Position numbers and translations under genes: made by a program. This document shows, in pieces, positions 36,160 to 43,694 of a DNA stretch of 43,694 nt (positions are counted from its first letter, which is position 1; each line of letters opens with the position of its first letter). This DNA comes from a virus (taxonomy: Duplodnaviria; Caudoviricetes), in the IMG/VR virus record IMGVR_UViG_3300032075_000007, positions 1-43,694 of that record, one strand, 5' to 3'. The notes below the pieces were generated by a model, which was not told where the DNA came from, did not search any database, and was given only the letters and a program-made list of their open reading frames with translations.

Positions 36160-37656
36160 GTGGCACAGCTGGGCGCTGGAATCGGGACGGGCTACCCAGG
36201 AGCGATTGATACGCGCCAGACGTTTATCAATGCGGGACCAATCGCCCCGGATAGTGCCAGCAGACTTGATTCTGAAGTTATTAATGATAGTCTCGCGGCT
36301 ACCGTGGCGATCGAGACCTGCTTAGGGACGAATCCCCAAGGTACGTTCGGCTCACTCGCGGCGCGGCTCCAGCAGTTCTTGCCGGGCGGCGGCGAGAGTC
36401 CCCTCTTTTTCACCTTCAATGCCACCACCAGCGTTACCATTGCCGGAACCACGCATCGCCTTGGCACCCCTGCCCCTCTCTTCCAGGCGTACAATGCGGA
36501 GACGCCGCGGCAGGTCATTCAGCCCAACACGGTCAGTATCGACACGCTGACGTATGATGCCACCTTTACGTTTCTCACGCCGCAAACGGGGGTCATCAGC
36601 CTGGCGGCACCGAGCCCCCAATATACGGTGTCGTTTACCAATCAGACGAGTGTGAGCATTCCCGGCAGCACACACGCCCTCGGGACCGCCGATCTGCTTG
36701 TGCGCGTCTATACCGTGAGCGGGACCCAGAATATCCTGACGCAGGTCCCCGTCAGTATTGCTCCGGCGACGGCAGACGTCACCGTGACGTTTGTCACGCC
36801 CGCGAGTGGGACGATCATTGTCAGTGCGGCAGGCCCGCGCTTTGTCGCCACGTATACCAGCGCCACGACGGTCACCGTCCCCGGCGCCACGCATGGGCTC
36901 GGGACGGCGGCCCTGCTGTTTGCAGTCTATGACAATGCGAGCCCGCGCCAGAGCCTGCTGCCCAACACCATTACGGTAGACCCGAACACGTATGACGTGG
37001 TGATGACCTTCGTGAGTCCGACGAGCGGGCGGCTGCTCATTGTCAAAGCGACGGCCATTACCGGCGCCGACTTTGACATCCGTGATGGGGGCATTCCCGA
37101 TACCTCCGCGGTCCGGGTCTTTAGTGACGCGGGCATGCTGTTGCTGCAAATGGGGAGCGGGGAGGCGCTCGAAATCCTGAGTCGGCAAGGGGGCGTGCTG
37201 CAGCGCATCGACAACTTTGCGACGCTCGTCCATCAGGGGTCAGCCTACAAGCCGGGCGGCGGCCCCTGGCTGAGTCTCTCGGACGAACGCCTGAAGAAAG
37301 ACATCACCCCCTTTGTCGATGGCCTGGAGGTGTTGCTCCAGCTGGAGCCGATCTGGTACCGCTACAACGGGCAGGGCGGCATCCCGATCACGCGCCACCA
37401 GCACGTCGGGATGCGCGCGCAGGCGGTCCAGGCGGTGGCCCCGTATATGGTGACGAGCCGCCGGGGCGTCCTCACCCCGCACAGCGAGGAGACGGACCTC
37501 CTGGCGCTCGATACCGAGGCCCTCCCGTACCTGCTCATGAATGCCCTCAAAACGGTCTGTCAACGCTTAGAGACGGTGCGGCAGGAGAAGGAGGCACTCG
37601 CAGCACGCGTGACGGCCTTGGAAGCCGCCTTCGCGGCACAAGGAGGGACCCTATGA
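36160..37656 (+). CDS. Tail fibre with C-terminal intramolecular chaperone (peptidase S74-like)
   Basis: Three repeated H.LGT domains; SDERLKKDI...LEPIWYRY...AQAVQAV.P, then coiled-coil. Confidence 0.85.
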   Translation: MAQLGAGIGTGYPGAIDTRQTFINAGPIAPDSASRLDSEVINDSLAATVAIETCLGTNPQGTFGSLAARLQQFLPGGGESPLFFTFNATTSVTIAGTTHRLGTPAPLFQAYNAETPRQVIQPNTVSIDTLTYDATFTFLTPQTGVISLAAPSPQYTVSFTNQTSVSIPGSTHALGTADLLVRVYTVSGTQNILTQVPVSIAPATADVTVTFVTPASGTIIVSAAGPRFVATYTSATTVTVPGATHGLGTAALLFAVYDNASPRQSLLPNTITVDPNTYDVVMTFVSPTSGRLLIVKATAITGADFDIRDGGIPDTSAVRVFSDAGMLLLQMGSGEALEILSRQGGVLQRIDNFATLVHQGSAYKPGGGPWLSLSDERLKKDITPFVDGLEVLLQLEPIWYRYNGQGGIPITRHQHVGMRAQAVQAVAPYMVTSRRGVLTPHSEETDLLALDTEALPYLLMNALKTVCQRLETVRQEKEALAARVTALEAAFAAQGGTL

Positions 37657-38126
37657 AGGTGATGGCGCTCGTCCTGGCGCTGCTCGGGCTCGGGAGCGTC
37701 CCCGTCTGGGCACAAGGCCAGTTTTTTAACTCGAACCTCACGGTGGCCGGGACGATCAACGCCGGGACGGCGACGGGGAGCGGCAATGCGTTTGTGTTGA
37801 CGCTCAATCCGCCGATCGCCGCCTATGTCACCAATCAGTGCTTTATGTTTGCGGCGAATCATACGGTGACGGGCGCCGCGACGCTCAATATCAATGGGCG
37901 CGGCGTCAAAGCGCTGCGGAAATTTGTCTCGACGGTGTCGACCGACTTAGCGGCCAATGACATTGCCAGTGGGCAGATTATTACGGTGTGCTACGACGGG
38001 ACGCACATGCAACTCACCGGCGGGGGACCCGGGGGCAGTAGCGGCGGGGGCGGGGGCGGGAGTATTCCCGCCTTTGTGACGGCCGCGACGGCCCTCAGTG
38101 CTCACGCCCATGCGGGAGGGCTCTAG
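37653..38126 (+). CDS. Signal-peptide-bearing fibre-like protein
   Basis: MKVMALVLALLGLGSVPVWA; F.A....TGAATLNING.G.K..DIASG..YDGT motif of phage fibres. Confidence 0.7.
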   Translation: MKVMALVLALLGLGSVPVWAQGQFFNSNLTVAGTINAGTATGSGNAFVLTLNPPIAAYVTNQCFMFAANHTVTGAATLNINGRGVKALRKFVSTVSTDLAANDIASGQIITVCYDGTHMQLTGGGPGGSSGGGGGGSIPAFVTAATALSAHAHAGGL

Positions 38127-38127
38127 G

Positions 38128-38631
38128 ATGCGCGGACGACGAATGATGGCTTTCCTGGCCCTGCTCGGGGCCTGCCTCGTAGGGCACAGTGAGGCCGCCG
38201 TGACCCCCAATAGTCCGGTCTTTATGCAGACGCCCACGGTGGGCAAAGTGCAGTTCCTCCAGGGGACGGACTCGGCGGGCACCTATAAAACGCTCTATAC
38301 CGCCGTGACTCCTGGCAACGGCGCCCGCTGTAATGCCCTGTGGTTGACGACCGATGACATCTCGGCCCAGCACCTCGTGACCATCCAAGTGGTCAGTGGG
38401 GGGACCCGGTACGGCGGGACAAGCATTGGCACGTTTGGCCCCCACGGCTTTGCGACCAGCCACACCACGCTCAACGTGCTGAGCCCGACGGTGTGGCCCG
38501 GGTTGCCGCTCGATAGTGACGGCAATCCCTATCTGCAACTGGCGCCGGGCGATACGCTGCAGGCGACCTATGCGACGGCGCTCAACGCCGGGAACCGGAT
38601 TAATCTTATAGTGTCCTGCGGTGAATTTTAG
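38128..38631 (+). CDS. Signal-peptide-bearing hypothetical protein
   Basis: MRGRRMMAFLALLGACLVGHSEA. Confidence 0.7.
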   Translation: MRGRRMMAFLALLGACLVGHSEAAVTPNSPVFMQTPTVGKVQFLQGTDSAGTYKTLYTAVTPGNGARCNALWLTTDDISAQHLVTIQVVSGGTRYGGTSIGTFGPHGFATSHTTLNVLSPTVWPGLPLDSDGNPYLQLAPGDTLQATYATALNAGNRINLIVSCGEF

Positions 38632-38637
38632 GTTGAA

Positions 38638-39603
38638 ATGGACTATGGAGGCGCGGGCATGATGCAACGACGACGGGGCTGGCTCCTGCTAGGGCTCGGC
38701 GTGCTGCTTGCGGTGACGGGACTCAGTGAGGCGCAGCAACTCGGCGGGCGCATGCACGCCAGCAATATTCGCCTGAACAAGCTCCGGGCCGGTACGCTGG
38801 GCAACTGTGGCGCCAACAACTTTGTGAGTGGCTTTCGCCCTGAGGGTACCGTGATCTGTGCCACGCTCTCCCTCGCTACGCTCACCGATGGCAGTAGTGT
38901 CGTCACGCTCACCGGCACCCAGCGCGTGCGCAATAAGCAAAACGTCGCCCGCGTCGTGCCACAGACCATTCAATCAGGCCCGCCCAACAATATTACCCCG
39001 GACCTGGATACGACGGACATTGCCACCCTCGATGCCATACCTGCCGACCTCACGATCAATGCGCCCATCGGGACGGGCGGCAATCCCGAACCCGAGCAGG
39101 ATCTCGAATTTCGCTTCCTGTGTGCGACGGCGCGGGCGCTGACGTGGCATGTGATTTATACGAACGAAAACGGGATTCCGCTCCCGACCGCCTGTCTCGG
39201 CAATGGCTTCTATACCCGCATCAAGTATCGGTTTAACCCCACGTCGGCCAAATGGGGGCTGATTGCGACGACCGTGGGGGTCGGGCGCGGGACGACGACG
39301 TTGGCGAGTAACACGACGTATACGTGCAATGTGCAAATTGCCGGGCTCTGTCGCATGCAGGCGACGATGGCCAGCGGCACGCTCACGGTGGCGACGCCGA
39401 CAGGGACGGTGGCCGATGGGACGCTGACGCGGCTCGCCTTCATGTGTACCAACAGTCAAACGTTCGCCTGGTCGACAGGGTTTGTGGCCAGTCCCAATGT
39501 CCCCCTGCCGGCCACCTGCCCCGCCGGGACCAGCGCGTGGTTTGAGGTGGGGGTGGAATACTCCAGCACGCTCGGGAAATATCAAATCCTGGCGTCCAAC
39601 TAA
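38638..39603 (+). CDS. Signal-peptide-bearing fibre-like protein (start may be about 38659)
   Basis: RRRGWLLLGLGVLLAVTGLSEA; two copies of P.G....G..L.F....LTW domain. Confidence 0.7.
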   Translation: MDYGGAGMMQRRRGWLLLGLGVLLAVTGLSEAQQLGGRMHASNIRLNKLRAGTLGNCGANNFVSGFRPEGTVICATLSLATLTDGSSVVTLTGTQRVRNKQNVARVVPQTIQSGPPNNITPDLDTTDIATLDAIPADLTINAPIGTGGNPEPEQDLEFRFLCATARALTWHVIYTNENGIPLPTACLGNGFYTRIKYRFNPTSAKWGLIATTVGVGRGTTTLASNTTYTCNVQIAGLCRMQATMASGTLTVATPTGTVADGTLTRLAFMCTNSQTFAWSTGFVASPNVPLPATCPAGTSAWFEVGVEYSSTLGKYQILASN

Positions 39604-39614
39604 GGAGGAGACGC

Positions 39615-40229
39615 ATGCGATATGCACGATGGCCTGGGAGCGTGATGCTGCTCCTTCTCTGGGTCGGGCAGGCCCTGGGCGGCGCGGCGACGGTCCTCAC
39701 CGAGGCGCAGTATCAGGCGCTCAACACCTATATCACGGCGACGGCGGTCAATGAGTTCGCCGCCGATGTGGCCGCGGGGAATGACCCCGCTATTGCGCAG
39801 GCGCTGAATCAACCCTTTACGCCGACCTTCCAGGTCTTTCGCACGTCCGTCCCGCGGCGTACCCTGCTCTTTGAGAAGTCGCCGGCGGATACGAGCTTTA
39901 TCTTTGTGGGGGATGGCTACATTACCCGCACCCAACAGGAACTCCTGACGTTTCATGACCTCTTTGATGGGCCAAACTCCGCCATGGACCCCAGTTTGCC
40001 GAACGTGCAACAAGCCCTGCTTGATATCTTCAGTGGCGCGGCGGGGACCAATGCCCAGAAAAATAGGGTGCATATCGGCAATATGAGCCGGCGGCCGGTG
40101 ACGAGGGCTGAGAAGCTCTATGTCACCCAGGGAACTGGGAGCAATGCTGACCCTGGCTACCTCGTCTGGGAAGGACTCTTAACACCGCGCGACATCGCCC
40201 ACTGTCTGCGGGGAGCGCCACTGCAATGA
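39615..40229 (+). CDS. Signal-peptide-bearing paralogue of 12567-13064
   Basis: AGGAGGAG RBS; MRYARWPGSVMLLLLWVGQALG; shared motifs. Confidence 0.75.
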   Translation: MRYARWPGSVMLLLLWVGQALGGAATVLTEAQYQALNTYITATAVNEFAADVAAGNDPAIAQALNQPFTPTFQVFRTSVPRRTLLFEKSPADTSFIFVGDGYITRTQQELLTFHDLFDGPNSAMDPSLPNVQQALLDIFSGAAGTNAQKNRVHIGNMSRRPVTRAEKLYVTQGTGSNADPGYLVWEGLLTPRDIAHCLRGAPLQ

Positions 40230-40864
40230 ACAAGGTTACGATCGGCTTCTTGATCCTGTGTCTCGTCTTTGGGGCCTCGACGGGTCTCACGGCCCCGAAT
40301 AAGATTTGGCTTATTCCTGGCACGCCGCTGAAATTTGCGGACGGCGCGCAGTCCCCGAACGTCACCTTCACCCTGACGGGCATGACGGCCGGGAATGGGC
40401 AGTATAGTGCGCGCTATGACAAGGATGCGCTCAAATCGCCCTCGGGCGCGATGCCGTGGCAGTGGCGCTGGTCCTGCGCCATCCAACTCTCCGGCAGTGC
40501 CACCTTGAATGATGTGGTACAGGTGCTCCTCGCCAAAAGTGATGGCATCATCACGCAAGGGGGGCTGGGGGCGACCACGGCGGCGCTCAGTAGTGCGCAG
40601 ACCAGAAACCTGAGCCTGGTGGGCCACCTCGTGGTGGATGCCGCGGAGGCAAACCCGGTGCTCGTCGCCTCCGGCGATACCGAAATCCGTGAGCGGTATT
40701 TTTCCCTGGCGCTCTTTAATGCCACGTCCCAGCCTTTGGTGAGCAGCACCGCTGCGCACACGTGTTATATGACCCCGATGACCGTGGAGATTCAAGCCTA
40801 TGCGCCGCTCGATTACGAGCGCCATCCTGAGCCTGCTGCTGTGCCTCAGCCTGTGGCCGCGTAG
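40226..40864 (+). CDS. Signal-peptide-bearing hypothetical protein
   Basis: MNKVTIGFLILCLVFGASTGLTA. Confidence 0.7.
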   Translation: MNKVTIGFLILCLVFGASTGLTAPNKIWLIPGTPLKFADGAQSPNVTFTLTGMTAGNGQYSARYDKDALKSPSGAMPWQWRWSCAIQLSGSATLNDVVQVLLAKSDGIITQGGLGATTAALSSAQTRNLSLVGHLVVDAAEANPVLVASGDTEIRERYFSLALFNATSQPLVSSTAAHTCYMTPMTVEIQAYAPLDYERHPEPAAVPQPVAA

Positions 40865-41681
40865 CACCTCCGCCCAGGCACTCGCGACGGTGGTGGTGAC
40901 CCGTGAGGCCCCGACCGCGCGGGGCCTCCTGGCCTGGTGGCGGGCCATGCCCGGCCTGAGTAGCGGACTGTTGTGGTACGACCTGCTCGGGCGGACGCCC
41001 GGCACGCTCACGAACATGGGCGCGGGGGCCGGGTGGGCCCCCACCACCCGGCCGGGTGGGCAGGGGGAGGTGCGCTTTGATGGCAGTAATGACCGAGTCG
41101 CCGTACCGGTGGCCCCGTACCTGGAACCCCCCGCCATGACCATGATGCTGTGGATCAAAGCCGTGTCGTGGGGCGCCTCGGATGTCCGCGCCCTGTTTAC
41201 CATTAATGCGGGTGGAGGGGTCCTGCGGGAAATCACGGTCAACACCACGGGACATCTGGCGGTGTACCTTGCGGCCACGGGCGGCCTCGCCTTAGTTGAT
41301 CCGGCACCGACAGCGCTGGCGATCGGGACGTGGTACCACATCGCCGTCACCTATGATCAGGTGGATGGATTACGTGTGTACATCAACTGTCAGCCAGAAG
41401 CGACGGCTGCAGCGACAGGCACGTTAGTCGTCACCAATGTTGCCGGGGCGTTTGGCATGAACGTGACCTCCTTCAATCGGTTCTTTAACGGCGCCATGGA
41501 CGACATGCGGTTCTACAATCGGGTCGTGCCGCGCCCGGAGTTGTGCACCATCATGCGGGACTCCCAGCGCGGTGAGCCGACCCTCTTCCGCCCGCCCGCG
41601 CTCATCCTGGGTCTCCCCACGAGCACCAGCGCGGGCGCGGGCGCGGGCGGTGGGTTCTTGCCCTTTTTTCACACGCCATGA
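40800..41681 (+). CDS. Signal-peptide-bearing LamG/concanavalin-like protein
   Basis: MRRSITSAILSLLLCLSLW; FDGSND..WYHIAVTYD..VYIN..FNGAMDDMRFYNR. Confidence 0.85.
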   Translation: MRRSITSAILSLLLCLSLWPRSTSAQALATVVVTREAPTARGLLAWWRAMPGLSSGLLWYDLLGRTPGTLTNMGAGAGWAPTTRPGGQGEVRFDGSNDRVAVPVAPYLEPPAMTMMLWIKAVSWGASDVRALFTINAGGGVLREITVNTTGHLAVYLAATGGLALVDPAPTALAIGTWYHIAVTYDQVDGLRVYINCQPEATAAATGTLVVTNVAGAFGMNVTSFNRFFNGAMDDMRFYNRVVPRPELCTIMRDSQRGEPTLFRPPALILGLPTSTSAGAGAGGGFLPFFHTP

Positions 41682-41691
41682 GGTGATGGCT

Positions 41692-43694
41692 ATGGTCTCC
41701 GTACTCCTCGTAAGTCTGCTCATGCTGCTGGCATGGCCCGCCGCTGCGCCCGCAGCGACCTATTATGTCGCGACGGGGGGCAGTGGGACTGCGTGCTCAC
41801 AGGCAAGCCCGTGTGGCACGATTCTCACGGGCCTCGGCAAGCTCAGCCCGGGCGATACGCTCTACCTCCGGGGTGGCTCCTATAGTGAGGGTATTCATCC
41901 CGCGAATGGCAGGGTGCCCTCGGGGACGTCCTGGGCCAATCCCATTATTATCGCCAGCGCGCCTGGGGAAACGGCCACGATTCTGGAGGGCGTCACCCTC
42001 CAGGATAACATTGATGGGTCGTTCCCGTCCTATCTGATTTTTGATAATTTGATCCTGCGGAGTACGCAACGTAATGCGTTCTATGTGGGACTCAATGCGC
42101 ATCATATTCGGGTATCCAACAGTGATCTGCAGAGTACAAAAACCAACAATATTTCCATCACGTATACCACCGTAGGTGTTGAAGTCATCAACTGTAATAT
42201 CCATAATGCCCCCGTCGAGTATGTGCCCGAATGGGGGCTTTCCACGGGGACGTATGGGCTGTACCTGAACGGCAATTATATGCTCGTGGAGAATAATAAA
42301 ATTCATGATAATACAGGAGCAGCTGTGCATCTGTACGGAGGAACAGGCGCTGCATCCAACAACATTATCCGCAACAACTTCATCTGGGGGAACTGCTATA
42401 GTGATGGGACGCGCAACCAGAACAATAATGCCCTCATCATTGCCAGTGGTGGAAACAATCAGATCTATAATAATGTGGTCTTCAGCAATAATTGCGGTGC
42501 GGGTGTTGCAGCGGTCTCCACGGCGTACTTACAGCCAGGGATGGGGAACAATCACTTTTACAACAACACCATCTATGGTAACAGTGGGGTGGGCCTGGAA
42601 ATTAATACCAGTGCGCCAGATACCCAAGTCATCAACAATATTGTCTACGGCAATTGGACCAACAACCCCTCGCAGCAAATTGTTGATTATGGCGCGAGTG
42701 GCACGATCAATCAGTACAATCTTACCACGAACCCCCTCTTTGTTGATGTCAACAATGTGTTAGGTGGTGGCCTCAAAGTGCAGGCAAACTCCGATGCACG
42801 GAATCGTGGCACGACGCTCAGCGAGGTGGCGACGGATATTGAGGCGGCCGTACGCGGGCAAGGGGGCGCCTATGATATTGGGGCGTACGAGTACAATGAA
42901 GGCGGCACGCCACCCACAGCTAATGGCAATCCTATCTACGTGCGCAAAGGTGCTGGGAGCCCCAGTAATGACTGCAACGCGGCGGAAAATCCCGCCACGG
43001 CCAAGCAAACGATTGCCGACGCGTGCCAATGCATGACCGTGCCCGGCAAGGTGATGCTGATTGAGGGCAATGGCAACATCTATCCCGAAGAAATTGACAC
43101 CCTGACCTGCCCCCTGACCGGCGGGAATGGGCCGGCCTTTGATACGGCGACCCGGCTGGAAGGCTACGGCACCACCTTACCCGTCCTGCAGTCCCCCGTC
43201 GCGACGTCCAGCATTACCCTGTGGCTTCGCAACGTCAACGATAAGTTTCTGGTGTTCAAAAAGCTGACCATTGATGCGGCCAGCCGGGCCGGGGAGGCCG
43301 TGCTGATTGCGAGTCCGGCGCACCATATTCGCTTTGACACGGTGCACCTGACCGGCAGTCTGTACGAGAGTGCGCTCCTGATCGGGGTCTCAAACATTGA
43401 GATGATCGATACCTTTCTGACCGGCGCCGGCTCCAATGGTCTGGGCCTGGCCCAGGGGTTTGACACCTTTCTCTGCCAGCGCTGCCATCTTTTCAGCAAT
43501 GGGGCGAAAGGCATCGACGTGCGGGATACCGGGACGCGCACGAATATCACGCTGCGCGAGACGGAAATCCGCAACAATGGCGCTGAGGGCGTGGACCTGG
43601 GCGCCAGTACGGGGACGGTCCTGCAAAATCTCCTGGTGCACTCCAATGGCAGCATCGGGCTCCGCATTCGGGGCGGGTCGGCCAGTACCAAGGT
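41692..43694 (+). CDS. Signal-peptide-bearing right-handed beta-helix protein (pectate-lyase/depolymerase-like), truncated by window end; not in ORF track
   Basis: GAGGTG RBS; MVSVLLVSLLMLLAWPAAAPAATYYVA..PGDTLYLRGGSY; Asn-ladder repeats; AYDIGAYEY then a second helix unit; no stop seen before the end. Confidence 0.85.
   Translation, partial: MVSVLLVSLLMLLAWPAAAPAATYYVATGGSGTACSQASPCGTILTGLGKLSPGDTLYLRGGSYSEGIHPANGRVPSGTSWANPIIIASAPGETATILEGVTLQDNIDGSFPSYLIFDNLILRSTQRNAFYVGLNAHHIRVSNSDLQSTKTNNISITYTTVGVEVINCNIHNAPVEYVPEWGLSTGTYGLYLNGNYMLVENNKIHDNTGAAVHLYGGTGAASNNIIRNNFIWGNCYSDGTRNQNNNALIIASGGNNQIYNNVVFSNNCGAGVAAVSTAYLQPGMGNNHFYNNTIYGNSGVGLEINTSAPDTQVINNIVYGNWTNNPSQQIVDYGASGTINQYNLTTNPLFVDVNNVLGGGLKVQANSDARNRGTTLSEVATDIEAAVRGQGGAYDIGAYEYNEGGTPPTANGNPIYVRKGAGSPSNDCNAAENPATAKQTIADACQCMTVPGKVMLIEGNGNIYPEEIDTLTCPLTGGNGPAFDTATRLEGYGTTLPVLQSPVATSSITLWLRNVNDKFLVFKKLTIDAASRAGEAVLIASPAHHIRFDTVHLTGSLYESALLIGVSNIEMIDTFLTGAGSNGLGLAQGFDTFLCQRCHLFSNGAKGIDVRDTGTRTNITLRETEIRNNGAEGVDLGASTGTVLQNLLVHSNGSIGLRIRGGSASTK

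Larger units (their letters stand above)
1..43694 (+). mobile_element. Tailed phage/prophage (siphovirus-like) head-tail morphogenesis region; ends not in window
   Basis: Canonical order scaffold-capsid-head/tail joining-tail tube-chaperones-tape measure-tail tip-fibres; no sheath gene; no att site or integrase seen. Confidence 0.95.

Noticed and set aside
1-43694. Host taxon, tRNA/rRNA genes, DGR
   Set aside because: No host marker genes, tRNA/rRNA, reverse transcriptase or TR/VR pair recognised.

Overview
The window is a GC-rich siphovirus-like phage or prophage morphogenesis region, read mostly on the + strand. The left end (1-5.5 kb) is accessory: a secreted protein, a DndB/DGQHR-like protein behind a perfect sigma70 promoter, a ParB-DNA methyltransferase fusion and a GIY-YIG nuclease. 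Then come scaffold, major capsid, head-tail joining genes, fibre-like proteins, two tail-tube paralogues, tail chaperones with a -1 frameshift, a tape measure with an SLT domain, tail-tip genes, an S74 fibre, and a block of signal-peptide-bearing fibre/LamG/beta-helix genes running off the right end. No terminase, portal, integrase or lysis genes were recognised. Five minus-strand selfish inserts interrupt the structural operon. Four are free-standing HNH endonucleases that share a structured 5' leader (three-way junction plus a loop kissing the RBS hairpin). The fifth (about 19040-20342) is the most striking: RHH regulator - pentamer array - HNH nuclease - RAMP/Cas7-like protein - pentamer array - terminator. 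Each array is a fixed trinucleotide plus a variable dinucleotide. The dinucleotides of array 1, read with every third target base skipped, match the adjacent tail-tube gene (20415-20459) at 12 of 15 dinucleotides, and the mismatches fall in a locally recoded tract. This suggests an RNA-guided, gapped-code homing or anti-competitor element. All family assignments are from motif recognition by eye; no searches were run.
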